Positions 40,814 through 51,926 of a stretch of DNA of 64,000 bases are shown here, piece by piece. The number at the start of each line of letters is the position of its first letter. Position 1 is the first letter of the stretch. Position numbers and translations under genes: made by a program. The notes beneath the pieces are model-generated. The model made no database searches, had not been told where the DNA came from, and saw only the letters and a list, made by a program, of their open reading frames with translations. Source of the DNA: Gammaproteobacteria bacterium. GTDB lineage: Bacteria > Pseudomonadota > Gammaproteobacteria > Eutrophobiales > Eutrophobiaceae. The DNA is taken from positions 32,001 to 96,000 of the forward strand of contig CAXMWX010000007.1 of NCBI GenBank assembly GCA_963422205.2. The letters are read 5' to 3'.

Positions 40814-42249
40814 GGCTTCTGCTGCCGGGTGCTGCCCGGTTTTTGGTACTCCTCTGCCAGCATAAACTGCTTTCTCAAGGTGTGTGCCGCCTTGCCAGAT
40901 TCAGTCGCCTGTTTTGGCACATCGGCGATCACCCCCCACGCCAGCTCCTCATCCTGCACATAACGTTTACCCAGCCGCAGCGCCACCTCGGCACGCGCCA
41001 GTTCAACCCCCATATAAAACGCATGGGCGGCATCATCCTGCAACAAGGCCAGCCGGGGGAAGAAGCTGAAGGCATCCTGGGCGGTCACCATGCCATCCCG
41101 GTTAAATACGTGGATTCCCGAATCTGAGACTTCAATCCGGTAGCTCGGATCACGAATCTGTGCGGCCAACTCCCTGATCTCATCCTCATCATAGGGAAAC
41201 GGCTTGCGCTCATGCCCTGCCAATAATGAACGATCTATGCCCTTGGGTAAACCGTCATTTTCCCTGGCGGCGAACATGATGCGGCGGGCCAGATCCGCCT
41301 CCCGTACCGCCGTGCGTGCATGGGGGCTGACGGCTGTTGTCAACACGTTCCTTATCCCCAACTCGGAAATGATGCCAAACAGCACGGCATTGATGCCGGT
41401 GGTATCGGCCTCGGTCAGCTCGGTCAGATTACCCACCCCCATCATCACCTCGATGTCCGGGTAGCGGGCGCAAAGCTCGGCATAACGTTGCAGGGATGCG
41501 GTAAAACCAAAATGCACGGGATCGAGGATGCTGTCAGCAATAAATGCCTGGCCCTGTGCCAGGAAACGCTCAATCAAGGCATACAATGATGCCATGTCTG
41601 TGTGGTCTTGTGGGATCACGATTGGGATGGCGTCCACCTCAGCGGCGATCCAGGCATTGCCCGGTTTCAGGCTCAACAGGTAATCTGCGCCCGCCCTGCC
41701 GGCGCGCAGCAAATCATCATCCTCCAGCGAATCAACGCTCACGCTAAAGCCCGCTTCTTTCAAGGCCATCACGCTCTCCTCCAGGTGTGGGAAAGCGGTA
41801 TCCGGCAGGCAACCCAGATCAATCACATCGGCCCCATCGGCCTGATAGGTACGGGCACGCTCGATGATCGCCGTCACATCCAGCATGGGCGCATCGACAA
41901 TCTCGGCGAACAGACGCACATCGTGCTTGTCCAGTGATAATGGCGCCGGCTGCTCGCCAAACAACACCGGCAAGTCCTTCACATCCACCGTGCCACGGAT
42001 AACAGGCCGCCCCAGCACCTCGGCCAGTTCCTGCAAGTTGCCCCGGCACAAGCCCGGCACGATCACTTTATCCACCCCATCGAGTGCCGACAGGCGGCGC
42101 TTTAACATCTGTGCGGTCATCAGTGCCGCTACGCTGACACCAATATTGCGGACTTCATAACTGAAATCACAGGGCTGCATCCCGGCAAGCACGTTATGCA
42201 GGCGCTTCTCGGCGAGCTTGCCAGTCACAAACAGGATGTGTTCGGTCAT
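40810..42249 (-). CDS. Dihydropteroate-synthase-related H4MPT biosynthesis protein (Orf20-like)
   Basis: ILFVTGKLAE, FAEIVDAP, GADVIDLGC, MMGVGNLTELT.AD, HAFYMGVELARA. Confidence 0.85.
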   Translation of the reverse strand: MTEHILFVTGKLAEKRLHNVLAGMQPCDFSYEVRNIGVSVAALMTAQMLKRRLSALDGVDKVIVPGLCRGNLQELAEVLGRPVIRGTVDVKDLPVLFGEQPAPLSLDKHDVRLFAEIVDAPMLDVTAIIERARTYQADGADVIDLGCLPDTAFPHLEESVMALKEAGFSVSVDSLEDDDLLRAGRAGADYLLSLKPGNAWIAAEVDAIPIVIPQDHTDMASLYALIERFLAQGQAFIADSILDPVHFGFTASLQRYAELCARYPDIEVMMGVGNLTELTEADTTGINAVLFGIISELGIRNVLTTAVSPHARTAVREADLARRIMFAARENDGLPKGIDRSLLAGHERKPFPYDEDEIRELAAQIRDPSYRIEVSDSGIHVFNRDGMVTAQDAFSFFPRLALLQDDAAHAFYMGVELARAEVALRLGKRYVQDEELAWGVIADVPKQATESGKAAHTLRKQFMLAEEYQKPGSTRQQKP

Positions 42250-42420
42250 GATGGTCTCATCTGCTGCCTGATTTCTCTTCAAACTTGGTTCATAATAACC
42301 AGCTATCGGCGCACACATCCCCTGATTTTATCCGCATACCGGCATGAACGATATGGATATCCACGTTTAATTTATTGATTTATAAACGGTATAATGATTG
42401 ATGATGATCCTTTGATGCCC

Positions 42421-42436
42421 TGGCACAGTTTTCGCT
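42421..42436 (+). promoter_or_regulatory. Candidate sigma54 -24/-12 promoter of pqqCDE
   Basis: TGGCAC-AGTTT-TCGCT, one mismatch to TGGCAC-N5-TTGCW, ~55 nt before pqqC. Confidence 0.4.
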
Positions 42437-42491
42437 GTCAATTAGCTGATGATCTCCAAACAGGCGCTGTCACTCACATACGAAAAACCCC

Positions 42492-43238
42492 ATGACACAG
42501 GAAAAACAAACACAAGACCAACCGGCCTGGTCAAAAGATGAGTTTGAGCAGCAGTTGCGTGCCAAGGAAAAATACTATCACATCAATCATCCTTTTCATG
42601 TGTTGATGAACACGGGCAAACTGGACAAGGCCGCAATTCAGGGGTGGGTGGCCAATCGCTATTATTATCAGACCACCATTCCGGTAAAAGATGCCGCCAT
42701 CATGGCCAACTGCCGTGACCGGGATGTGCGCCGTGCCTGGGTGCAGCGCATCATTGACCATGACGGCACGGCGGGCGAGGATGGCGGTATCGAAGCCTGG
42801 TTGCAGTTAGGCGAGGCCGTGGGATTGAGCCGAGAGGAGTTGATTTCTGAAGAGCATGTCCTGCCCGGCGTGCGCTTTGCGATTGATGCGTACTACCACT
42901 TTGCCCGAACGGCCACCTGGCAGGAGGCGGCCTGTTCTTCACTCACCGAGTTGTTTGCCCCCAAAATTCACCAGCGGCGGCTGGAGAACTGGCCTGAACA
43001 CTACACCTGGATTGATGAGAAGGGCTACAGCTACTTCCGCAAGCGCCTGGGCGAGGCACGCCGTGATGTGGCGCATGGCCTTGAGATCACGCTGGATTAT
43101 TTCAAGAGCCGTGCCGAACAAGAGCGCGGCCTGACCATCCTGCAACTGAAACTGGACATTCTGTGGGCGATGCTGGATGCCATGTGGCTGGCCTATATCG
43201 AGAAAAAACCGCCGTATGATTGTGTTGATCATGGCTGA
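42492..43238 (+). CDS. pqqC: Pyrroloquinoline-quinone synthase
   Basis: [34 protein letters not shown]. Confidence 0.96.
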   Translation: MTQEKQTQDQPAWSKDEFEQQLRAKEKYYHINHPFHVLMNTGKLDKAAIQGWVANRYYYQTTIPVKDAAIMANCRDRDVRRAWVQRIIDHDGTAGEDGGIEAWLQLGEAVGLSREELISEEHVLPGVRFAIDAYYHFARTATWQEAACSSLTELFAPKIHQRRLENWPEHYTWIDEKGYSYFRKRLGEARRDVAHGLEITLDYFKSRAEQERGLTILQLKLDILWAMLDAMWLAYIEKKPPYDCVDHG

Positions 43239-43494
43239 TCAGATCCCGGAATTTGCGCCCACCTTTCGCTTTCAATGGGAAGCGGCACAGAACTGCCATG
43301 TCGTGTTGTATCCTGAAGGCATGGTGAAATTGAGCCAAAGCGCCGAGGAGATATTGAAGCGTTGTGACGGCCAGCACACCACAGCCGAGATCATCGCCGA
43401 GTTGCAGCAGGCGTTTAACGAGCAGGACTTGAAAAACGAGATAGAACACTTCATTGAACAGGCGATAAAAAATGGCTGGATTAGATATAAATAA
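43231..43494 (+). CDS. pqqD: PQQ peptide chaperone
   Basis: [32 protein letters not shown]. Confidence 0.93.
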   Translation: MADQIPEFAPTFRFQWEAAQNCHVVLYPEGMVKLSQSAEEILKRCDGQHTTAEIIAELQQAFNEQDLKNEIEHFIEQAIKNGWIRYK

Positions 43495-44614
43495 TGGCAA
43501 ACCCCTGTGGCTGCTGGCGGAGTTGACCTACCGCTGCCCGCTACAGTGTCCGTATTGTTCCAACCCGGTTGAGATCGCCAACTATGATAACGAACTGACT
43601 ACCGAGGACTGGCTCAGGGTAATGCGCGAGGCGCGAGAGATGGGCGCAACACAACTGGGTTTCTCCGGTGGCGAGCCGCTGGTGCGTCGGGATTTGGAAG
43701 AGTTGATTGCAGAAGCCCGGCGTTTGGGTTTTTATACCAACCTCATCACTTCCGGTGTCGGCATGGATGAAGCCAGAGTGAAAGCCTTTAAAGATGCAGG
43801 ACTGGATCACATTCAAATCAGTTTTCAGGCCAGCGATGAAGAGTTGAACAACTATCTGGGCGGCACCCGAAGTTTTCAACACAAGCAGGATATGGCCAGG
43901 GTAGTAAAAAAGTACGCATACCCTATGGTTCTCAATATCGTTTTGCATCGTAAGAACGTTGATCAAATCCGTGACATCCTGGACATGACGGTGGAGTTAA
44001 ATGCCGATTATGTGGAACTGGCCAGTACGCAATACTACGGCTGGTCACGGGTGAATGTGGAACACCTGTTGCCGAGCCGTGAACAACTTGAACAGGCAGA
44101 GCGCATCGCCAGGGAATATCAGCAGAAGATGCAAGACAGCATGAAGATCATCTATGTCATCCCCGATTATTTTGAAAACCGCCCCAAGGCCTGCATGAAT
44201 GGCTGGGGAGCGATATTTTTAACCATCGCCCCGGATGGCAGCGCCCTACCCTGTCATGCCGCCGCCCAGTTGCCCGGTCTTACATTTCCCAATGTAAAAA
44301 ATCACAGTATTGAAGAGATATGGAATGAATCGGACACGTTCAACAAATTCCGTGGCTTTGACTGGATGCAGGAGCCGTGCAAAAGCTGTCCGGAAAAGGA
44401 AAAAGACTTCGGCGGCTGCCGGTGCCAGGCTTATATGCTGACTGGCGATGCTGCCAATGCGGATCCGGTGTGCGATAAATCCCCTTACCATCAGCAGCTG
44501 CACGATGAGGTTGAGCGTATCGGCAGGCTGGCCACAGAGCAACGGGCAGAGGCGAAACCGCTGATATTTCGCAACATGAAAAATTCGAAAAAAATCATCC
44601 AGGAGGCCGTCTAG
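43472..44614 (+). CDS. pqqE: PqqA peptide cyclase (radical SAM)
   Basis: [40 protein letters not shown]. Confidence 0.96.
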   Translation: MAGLDINNGKPLWLLAELTYRCPLQCPYCSNPVEIANYDNELTTEDWLRVMREAREMGATQLGFSGGEPLVRRDLEELIAEARRLGFYTNLITSGVGMDEARVKAFKDAGLDHIQISFQASDEELNNYLGGTRSFQHKQDMARVVKKYAYPMVLNIVLHRKNVDQIRDILDMTVELNADYVELASTQYYGWSRVNVEHLLPSREQLEQAERIAREYQQKMQDSMKIIYVIPDYFENRPKACMNGWGAIFLTIAPDGSALPCHAAAQLPGLTFPNVKNHSIEEIWNESDTFNKFRGFDWMQEPCKSCPEKEKDFGGCRCQAYMLTGDAANADPVCDKSPYHQQLHDEVERIGRLATEQRAEAKPLIFRNMKNSKKIIQEAV

Positions 44615-45449
44615 CCAGGAGAGTTTCCCCAGAGCAGTCTTTGAGCGCAAGGGCAACATCGCGCGCCTGCCGGTTGTGCTTGATGTCATGCACGCGGAGG
44701 ATTGCCACGCCAGCAGAGGTTGCCAGTGCGGTTGTGGCACAGGTCGCACCGAGCAGTTCGCGGGAGTCCCCTACATCACAAATCGAACCCATGAAGCGTT
44801 TGCGGCTGGCGCCCAGCAGCACGGCATAGGGCGTATCGACAAATTCCTGCAAGTTAGCGATCAAGTGCAGGTTATGCTGCTTCGTTTTACCAAAACCAAT
44901 GCCCGGATCGATGATAATATTTTCTGCCTTGACGCCGGCCGCCATGGCCGCCTCCGCACGTGCCAGAAGATACGCCTTTACCTCGGCCACCACATCGGTG
45001 TACTGCGGATGATCCTGCATGGTGCCCGGCTCGCCCTGCATGTGCATCATGACCAAAGGCAAGCCGGCATCGGCGGCCAGCGATAACATCGCCGCATCCT
45101 CGGTAGCCGCCGAGACATCATTGATCATGGTCGCCCCCTGCCGGATTGCACCCGCAGCCACTTCAGCCGATGTTGTGTCGATGCTGATGGGATACTGTGC
45201 TGGCAGCCTTGCTTTTAGCATCTCTAACACCGGTAACACGCGCTGTAATTGCTCCGCCGCACTCACTCTGGCCGCCCCCGGTCGGGTGGACTCACCGCCA
45301 ATATCGATAATATCAGCCCCTTGATCGATCATGTCCATGGCATGTGTAACCGCCCTGTCAACATCTGCGAAGGCCCCGCCATCGGAGAAGCTATCCGGCG
45401 TGACATTCAAAATGCCCATCAGCAGGGGCGATCTGGCAAGATCACGCAT
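44595..45449 (-). CDS. folP: Dihydropteroate synthase
   Basis: [43 protein letters not shown]. Confidence 0.96.
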   Translation of the reverse strand: MRDLARSPLLMGILNVTPDSFSDGGAFADVDRAVTHAMDMIDQGADIIDIGGESTRPGAARVSAAEQLQRVLPVLEMLKARLPAQYPISIDTTSAEVAAGAIRQGATMINDVSAATEDAAMLSLAADAGLPLVMMHMQGEPGTMQDHPQYTDVVAEVKAYLLARAEAAMAAGVKAENIIIDPGIGFGKTKQHNLHLIANLQEFVDTPYAVLLGASRKRFMGSICDVGDSRELLGATCATTALATSAGVAILRVHDIKHNRQARDVALALKDCSGETLLARRPPG

Positions 45450-45457
45450 GGAACAGA

Positions 45458-46423
45458 TCAGGCATGGTGCAATACGGCCGCCATTTCATCGGTGGCAGTG
45501 ATCAAGGCATCCACCATGGCCGGTTCACCTGCCAGATGTCCGCCGTCTTTGATGATTCTGAGTGATGAGCCGGGCAGCTTTTTATGTAATGACCAGGCGG
45601 CCTCGGGCAGGCAAGTCATATCCTTGCGGCCATGAATGATGATCGCCGGCACATCCGGCAGGTAATCGCTGTGGCGCAATAGCTGGTCGGGGGCAAGAAA
45701 ATACCGGTGTTTTGCATAATGGGTTTCTATCTTGACCTCATGCACCTGGGTCGTGATGTCTTCGGGTGCAGCGCTGTTTATTTCCCTGTCGGCTAACATC
45801 CAGGTGACGGTACGCATTGCCCATGCAGCCCAACTGGCCGCGGCCTGCTGCTGTGTGTGTTTATCATCGCCGTGCATGCGCCGATGATAGGCGGCGATAA
45901 GATCATCACGTTCAGCTGCCGGTATGATGCTGATGAAGTCTTCCCAGAAATCGGGAAAGATATGACTGGCACCGCGCTTGATAAACCAGTCGAGATCCTG
46001 CTGGCGGGCGAGAAATGTGCCGCGCAGGATCAGGCCGCTGACATGTTGCGGATGGGTTTGTGCGTACAACAGCGCCAACGCTGCCCCCCAGGAGCCGCCG
46101 AAGAGTAACCACTTGTCGATGCGAAGTTCCCGCCGGATTCGCTCCATGTCGGCGATTAGATCTTGGCTGGTGTTCTCTTGACATTCGCCTTGCGGCGTTG
46201 AGCGATGGCAGCCACGCTGATCAAAGATAATGATGCGGTATTTGTCGGGATTAAAATAACGCCGATGGTTTTCATTGCAGCCAGACCCCGGGCCGCCATG
46301 CAGAAAGATGACCGGGATCCCGGCCGGGTTGCCGCTCTCCTCCACATAGATGCGATGTAACTCGCCCGCATCTAACCGCCAGGTCTGCGCTGCACACAGC
46401 GCTGGATAGAGTTCACGCCCCAT
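45458..46423 (-). CDS. pip: Proline iminopeptidase
   Basis: HGGPGSG, FDQRGC, FGGSWG, LILRGTF. Confidence 0.93.
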   Translation of the reverse strand: MGRELYPALCAAQTWRLDAGELHRIYVEESGNPAGIPVIFLHGGPGSGCNENHRRYFNPDKYRIIIFDQRGCHRSTPQGECQENTSQDLIADMERIRRELRIDKWLLFGGSWGAALALLYAQTHPQHVSGLILRGTFLARQQDLDWFIKRGASHIFPDFWEDFISIIPAAERDDLIAAYHRRMHGDDKHTQQQAAASWAAWAMRTVTWMLADREINSAAPEDITTQVHEVKIETHYAKHRYFLAPDQLLRHSDYLPDVPAIIIHGRKDMTCLPEAAWSLHKKLPGSSLRIIKDGGHLAGEPAMVDALITATDEMAAVLHHA

Positions 46424-46437
46424 AGCTCAAACGATCG

Positions 46438-47367
46438 CTATATATCGCTGAGAATTTCCCTGCGCCTTCGCTGATATTCTTCGGTAGAGATCAACTGCTT
46501 GTCCAGCAAAGCCTTTAACGTCAGCAATCTTTGTTCCACCGAGGCAGGTTGCTGGCCGCCGCCCGCCTGCTGCATTTCCTTACGCATGCGCGCCATCTCC
46601 AGCCGCAGCGCACGCCGCTCCCGGGCTAATCTCGCCGCCTCCGCCTGCACCAATGCCTGGGCCGGATCCTCAGCTATCTCGCTCGCCTGTTCTGCCAGAT
46701 AGGCCGCAGCCGCCACTGGCACATCGATCGTTATCCAGTCGTTACGCTCCTTGCTGCCGCCTTCCTGGTGGACGCTGACGCCATCGCTGGCGATAATCTC
46801 GCCCTTGAAATCGGATTTTCTGGCGCGCCGCCCCACCTTGAAATACTGTTTAACGTCCGTTACCCCGGCGCTCTGCTGTGCGCGCTCCTTGAACCTGTCA
46901 CCCTGGCTGTCGTAATCACCGATAATCAACTGCAATCTGCCATCCAGATAAAAAGCCCGCCCACCGGTGAACTTGGTATTCCTCACCAGCAGGTATTTCC
47001 GCTCCAAACGCGCCAGCACGAAGACAATATCCTGATTAGCCCTGGCGGTACGCAGGCCAGCGCTGAGGTACTGACCCAGCAGGCGGCATTGCTGAATGGA
47101 AAGCAACGCCCCCGGCTTATCATCGGCAAAGAAACCGCTGCCGTAATAGACCTGTAGGGATTGCAGGGCTTGGGTGATCTGCTCGGCATTCAGGGCGACC
47201 GGGTGCTGGTTCGGCGGCGTATCCGCTCGCCTGGATTTATCCTGCTTGACCAGCTTGATGTACAGATTAACGCCAGATTTCCATAAAACATGGTCGGCCT
47301 GTACAGTACTGGTAACAAACGTACTGATAATCAGGATCAGAAGGGGTGTGGTTAGCCGGTTCCTCAT
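46438..47367 (-). CDS. Exported protein with C-terminal SHOCT-like domain
   Basis: Signal peptide; ends RLLTLKALLDKQLISTEEYQRRRREILSDI. Confidence 0.75.
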   Translation of the reverse strand: MRNRLTTPLLILIISTFVTSTVQADHVLWKSGVNLYIKLVKQDKSRRADTPPNQHPVALNAEQITQALQSLQVYYGSGFFADDKPGALLSIQQCRLLGQYLSAGLRTARANQDIVFVLARLERKYLLVRNTKFTGGRAFYLDGRLQLIIGDYDSQGDRFKERAQQSAGVTDVKQYFKVGRRARKSDFKGEIIASDGVSVHQEGGSKERNDWITIDVPVAAAAYLAEQASEIAEDPAQALVQAEAARLARERRALRLEMARMRKEMQQAGGGQQPASVEQRLLTLKALLDKQLISTEEYQRRRREILSDI

Positions 47368-47431
47368 TATTATTGAAGCATATCGTCAACTGGAAATTAC
47401 GGTTCTTGTGGCAAAATGGTTACTTAACCCT

Positions 47432-48848
47432 TCAATATCTAGGGTCTACTATCAATCGTTTGAATAATGACACCAACCTGTTTCTTTCAGATACAGTTAG
47501 AGAATTATCTACGTCAATTCTCTTGAGCAAATATTTCTCAAGCACCCAGTATGCCGAATAGGCATCCTTTTCATTCGCTTCACCTCCATCAAGATCGAGT
47601 AGCAACATTCTGTCTCTCATAACATTGTCGCCAGTACCACCAAGTCGTCTGAAATGATAGGCAATACCATTATCGCTCAAAAGATCATTGGAAAACACAT
47701 AGATATTATTCTTTAACCGACTACTATTACTCCCCTCTTCTTCCCGCAAATTTATCATGGAGGCAAACGAATCAACACTTCTGCCTTCTTTGCATACTAT
47801 CTCTTTAGTCACTTCAATGTTGTTACTGTTATTGTTACTGCCGAACAAACCATAAAAACTCTGATAAGCATACCGGCGATCTTTAGGAAAAACCCAAACC
47901 GACCCATTAATCTGAACAGGCAGGAATTTCTTAAAAAATCCTGGGCTTTCCACATTGACAAGGATTGGTTGTGATCGGCATTCTTTGGTTAGCTTTTCCT
48001 GTAATTTCTCAGGATCCGAAACCATAGCCCAGAGTTTATTTAGGAATGAATAAACCTGTTCATCAACACTTTCACTTTTTTCCCCAGGCAATTTTACAGG
48101 CATATAATCGGATTGGACTATAATTCGAACATACACACTTTCCTCAATTTTTCTTACGTCCTCTCCTGATTTTGCTATAATTCCCCCTCGCCACTTCCAT
48201 TGATTATCAACATCGTATGGATATTGCACTTTATAAAAATCAAACACCCCAAACCCCGGAGGTTTCTATTTGCAACGGCTGAGCGTCTTTTGATATTGTA
48301 ACCGGCAGCGAACTGGTTCGAGAAATATAGGTAATTGGATTTTCGCTTCTCGCCTGTTTGCCATTTGGCGTTACATCTAGCCTAAAAATAGGAACGCCTT
48401 TTCCGATAGCAGAGCGGGGAACGACGATAGACATGCTACCATCACACTGAATTTGACCATTATAATCCTGAAACCATTGTTTAATTCGCTTGGCCTCAGA
48501 TTGTCTTACCCAACCATGGTAACCATTAGATGCGGTAAATTTTAAGTATGGTACTTTGCTGCCGTGGTCAGTAGTACATCTGGCGTATTTGAAACCCCCA
48601 CATTGCTCACCGCGGCGATATTTCCTATCAATCGACAACAAAGTGCCTTTTGGCAAATATCCTTCACGTTTATAGGTACTCTCAGACAGATAGAAAGTCC
48701 CACCGTCTTGTCCGGGCGGTAAAACAACAAATACATTCTCACATGAGCCAGCCCATGTTGAATTTTGCCATCCAATCACGACAAGCATTCCACCAAATAT
48801 AAGCGTCTTAAAGCGATTCAAAATAGTGTTCATATTATCTTTTCCCAC
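47432..48848 (-). CDS. Low-GC exported hypothetical protein, probably one gene split by a 1-nt frameshift at 48247-48257
   Basis: ORFs 48240-48848 and 47432-48247 overlap by 8 nt; deleting one G of a G4 run gives SGFGVFDFYK; signal-like N-terminus. Confidence 0.6.
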
Positions 48849-48951
48849 TAATTAGTAAACAGTATTAAAGCGCATTCCCTCGGGTTTTATAAGCCCAAAA
48901 ACAAAAATAACTCATATAGTTTTATGCTTCCATCCTTACAAAGAGATAAAC

Positions 48952-48978
48952 AAAAAAGGCGCACACTGTGCGCCTTTT
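48952..48978 (-). terminator. Rho-independent terminator after porin (possibly bidirectional)
   Basis: aaaaaaggcgcac-act-gtgcgcctttt. Confidence 0.85.
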
Positions 48979-49012
48979 GAGTAACACTCAACTGCTTGCT
49001 ACTTACCCCCGC

Positions 49013-50314
49013 CTACCACAGCAGAAAACCGCCGATAGAGAAGGTATCAGCGTCAGCGATACCAAGCTGAGTGCTTTCATAATTGCTGTATTCAGCGATC
49101 ACTTTCAACCATGAGTTGACGTCATGATAGACACCGACTGTCCACAGCCTGTTTTCGACTTCCGGGTTGATGGCATCGGCATCCTGTTCTGACTTGCCAT
49201 AGGTCACGCCCAGGAGGGTGGTGCCATTGAACTTGTAGCCGGTCTGGATGTAATAGCCATCGTTGTCGGCTTCCTGGCAACTGGTCGTATCGCAGCCAAA
49301 GCCATTTCCGCCACCCGCATTGAAAAACAAGGTGCCCAGCGCTTCGCCAGTGTAGTAATGGCCTGAGACGTTAAATCCACCCGCATTGATTTCCGCACCA
49401 ATGTTCACGCCGACCGATTCAATATCGCCGGTAGCACCGGGGACAGCAGCCGCTGTGGGCCGTACGCCAGTAACAGCAAGACTTGGCGCTGGCCCTACGC
49501 TGACCTCACCCGGATCAGCCGCCGTACCGGGGCTTGAGGTAATCTCTTGTTCCTGCCACAACACGCTGCCCCAGATAGAGAAGCTGCCGCCCTCAAAATC
49601 GCTCTTGTAGGTGGCCTCGGCCTGGAACTGCGGCGTATCGGTTTCTGCCGTAAAACCTGTGCCGCCGAGAGGCTCTTGCGGGTCAAAGATACCGACGGAC
49701 AGTTGGAAACCGTTCACCTCGGGGGTCTGATAGACAAAGCGGGTGCGAAAATCGGGATACACATAGCCAAAGCCGATGCGTCCCAGCGCCGTGCCGCCCC
49801 CGTCCGGGCCAGCCAGGGCGCCCACACCGAACAAGGTGTAGTCCTTCAGGATGTCCTGGCGCATGAACAGCGACAGCGTACGACCGACGCTGATGGTGCC
49901 AAAATCGCCTTCTACATTAAAAAACACCTCACGCATGTCGATGTTGGAACCTGTACCGAACAGGCCGGACTTGTTCAGGCGGCTGCCTTTCTCGCTGGAG
50001 GAGTCCACCGCAAAGGTGATCTGGCTGGTGCCTTTAAGCCCATTGACCTCCGGCGTCTTCACCGTCATGGTGTGAAATCCTGGCAGCAGACCCTCGTTCA
50101 AGTGGGCGCTGTCTTCGGTGCGACCGTCGGTATACTGAAAATCGCTTTGCGTATAGAACAGGTTGACAAAGCCGCCGTAGCTGACCTCCCAGCCGTCTTC
50201 ACCCCCCAGCACAACAGCGGCGTTGGCCGGTGTACCGAGGTGAACAAGCAGTGCCAACACCGCACATGTTCCGGTGCTTAAACGTGTGGCAAGTTTGGTG
50301 ATGTGGTGTTTCAT
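49013..50314 (-). CDS. Outer-membrane porin
   Basis: Signal peptide, GRIGFGYVYP, amphipathic beta strands, C-terminal W; ATG 50314 with GAGGAG upstream. Confidence 0.85.
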   Translation of the reverse strand: MKHHITKLATRLSTGTCAVLALLVHLGTPANAAVVLGGEDGWEVSYGGFVNLFYTQSDFQYTDGRTEDSAHLNEGLLPGFHTMTVKTPEVNGLKGTSQITFAVDSSSEKGSRLNKSGLFGTGSNIDMREVFFNVEGDFGTISVGRTLSLFMRQDILKDYTLFGVGALAGPDGGGTALGRIGFGYVYPDFRTRFVYQTPEVNGFQLSVGIFDPQEPLGGTGFTAETDTPQFQAEATYKSDFEGGSFSIWGSVLWQEQEITSSPGTAADPGEVSVGPAPSLAVTGVRPTAAAVPGATGDIESVGVNIGAEINAGGFNVSGHYYTGEALGTLFFNAGGGNGFGCDTTSCQEADNDGYYIQTGYKFNGTTLLGVTYGKSEQDADAINPEVENRLWTVGVYHDVNSWLKVIAEYSNYESTQLGIADADTFSIGGFLLW

Positions 50315-50463
50315 GTATTTTCTCCTCAAGATAAAAATGCCTGATTTTGCGTTGATTTTTATACCGCCGGGATTTCTTAAACCTAACAACCCATAACCTC
50401 TGAAAAACAGCCTCCCCAGCCTTGGCCCCGTGTCTTTACCATGACACAAATCCCGCCCATGGT

Positions 50464-50479
50464 TGCACTATGGGCGCCA
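50464..50479 (-). promoter_or_regulatory. Candidate sigma54 promoter of porin
   Basis: Minus strand TGGCGC-CCATA-GTGCA. Confidence 0.3.
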
Positions 50480-50654
50480 TGCCTCGTCTCTTCTGCAAGA
50501 ACTGATGCGGATAGTACGATAAAAATCAACATCATTACAACTGAATAAAGACAATTCTGCAACAATTTTTTTGTCAGCCGACAATCTGTATTTTTTATGC
50601 AACATATTGATATTGGCCTGGTCATGACAGAGCCAAAAAGCACCGGTGCCAAAT

Positions 50655-50690
50655 GATTATCTGAATATCTTGGATTATCTGAATATCTTG
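50655..50690. repeat. Perfect 18-nt tandem duplication
   Basis: gattatctgaatatcttg x2. Confidence 0.9.
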
Positions 50691-50836
50691 CTCAACTCGC
50701 TGGCTTGCCTTCGATCATTGAACCAGCATGTCGCTTGTATGAAACCGCCACCACATTTCTCCCTGAGGTCACGCATTATCGCTTCAAGCGTGTGCTGCCC
50801 TGGCATCCGGCAAGCTGCAAGCATCAGATAAAATCT

Positions 50837-51241
50837 CTACTCGTAGAATCGCAGCACGAGCATCAAAAACCCCAGAATCCCTGTTATGCTGACAATAGTA
50901 TGCATCTGCGCCTGCTCAATGCGTCTGTTCAATCGCTCTTCCAAAGTCTCCATGTTGCCATTCAGGCGCTCTTCCAAAGTCTCAATCTTGCTATTCAGCT
51001 GCTTTTCCAAAGTCTCAATCTTGCTATTCAGGCGCTCTTCCAGAGTCTCCATCTTGCCATTCAGGCGCTTTTCCAGGGAGATCATATCGCCCCGCAAGGC
51101 CTTGATATCCTCCTTGGTGGCGAGGCGATCAGTGAGCAGAGTAGCGTATGTCTCAGCCAGCACCTCGGCCTGCTCAGTCATCATGCCTGCGCCGGTCAAA
51201 TCCTTGACGAATTTATGGGTATCAAAGGCCAGGCTGCTCAT
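50837..51241 (-). CDS. DUF1640/CCDC90-like protein with 11-aa repeats and C-terminal TM
   Basis: FDTHKFVKDL..AG...EQAE..LATKEDI; (ETLEERLNxK) repeats. Confidence 0.85.
   Translation of the reverse strand: MSSLAFDTHKFVKDLTGAGMMTEQAEVLAETYATLLTDRLATKEDIKALRGDMISLEKRLNGKMETLEERLNSKIETLEKQLNSKIETLEERLNGNMETLEERLNRRIEQAQMHTIVSITGILGFLMLVLRFYE
50933..51076. repeat. 33-nt tandem repeat, about 4.3 units
   Basis: Units start at 50933, 50966, 50999, 51032 and 51065 (partial). Confidence 0.9.
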
Positions 51242-51288
51242 GGGCGAGAGTATATAAGAAGCAGTATAATTCGCGCAATTTTCACCGG

Positions 51289-51570
51289 CTACCCACCCCC
51301 CTTATGCAGGCAGAGTCTGAAACGGTCGATGAATTGCTGGTAATCCGCCTGGCTGTAGCCGTGAAACTCCAATGAAACGTCCGTCATGGGTAACTCCAGC
51401 AAGGCGATCTTCAGGCATGATTCGGGGCCCAGCCTGACACTTATCCGGCCTTTTTCGGTCTTGATAACCGCCCGGTTTGCTTGCCGTTGTATGCGATTCT
51501 CGCCCACCACCCGGGGCAGCAAACGAAAAAAATCCGCATGCGTGACCGACATTTGGCGTTCATAGCGCAT
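51289..51570 (-). CDS. Small hypothetical protein at end of aor operon
   Basis: MRYERQMSVTHADFFRLLP...FIDRFRLCLHKGGG; co-oriented 26 nt after MoaD-like gene. Confidence 0.7.
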   Translation of the reverse strand: MRYERQMSVTHADFFRLLPRVVGENRIQRQANRAVIKTEKGRISVRLGPESCLKIALLELPMTDVSLEFHGYSQADYQQFIDRFRLCLHKGGG

Positions 51571-51595
51571 AGGCGCTGTCGTACTGGTCAACTCG

Positions 51596-51847
51596 CTAAC
51601 CACCAGCGACAGGCGGCCAGATGGCCAGCGTGTCCCCCTCGTTAAAGGTGCGCTGCGCCCGGTCCTCCGGTGCGATAAAGACGCCATTCACCAGCACCAG
51701 ATGCGCCAGCTCATCGGGCACCCGGTAGCGCTCAATCAATTCCCTGACGGTGGTCGTCTGTGTGATGCGTAACTGTATCTGATTGGCAACCGCATCCTCT
51801 GGCAGAAAATCGCCCAAAGAGGCATACAGCTTAAACGTGATGGTCAT
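51596..51847 (-). CDS. MoaD/ThiS family sulfur carrier (AorD-like)
   Basis: FKLYASL, HLVLVNG, EGDTLAIWPPVAGG. Confidence 0.9.
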   Translation of the reverse strand: MTITFKLYASLGDFLPEDAVANQIQLRITQTTTVRELIERYRVPDELAHLVLVNGVFIAPEDRAQRTFNEGDTLAIWPPVAGG

Positions 51848-51926
51848 GGCTGTGATGCTTATGGCAAGGACTACTGTCAACCCGCACAGGGGGTTTTGCA
51901 GTAATGATGGTTCACAACATCCTGGG

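Noticed and set aside
50933-51076. CRISPR array
   Set aside because: 33-nt units are contiguous without spacers, lie in frame in a CDS, and no cas genes are present
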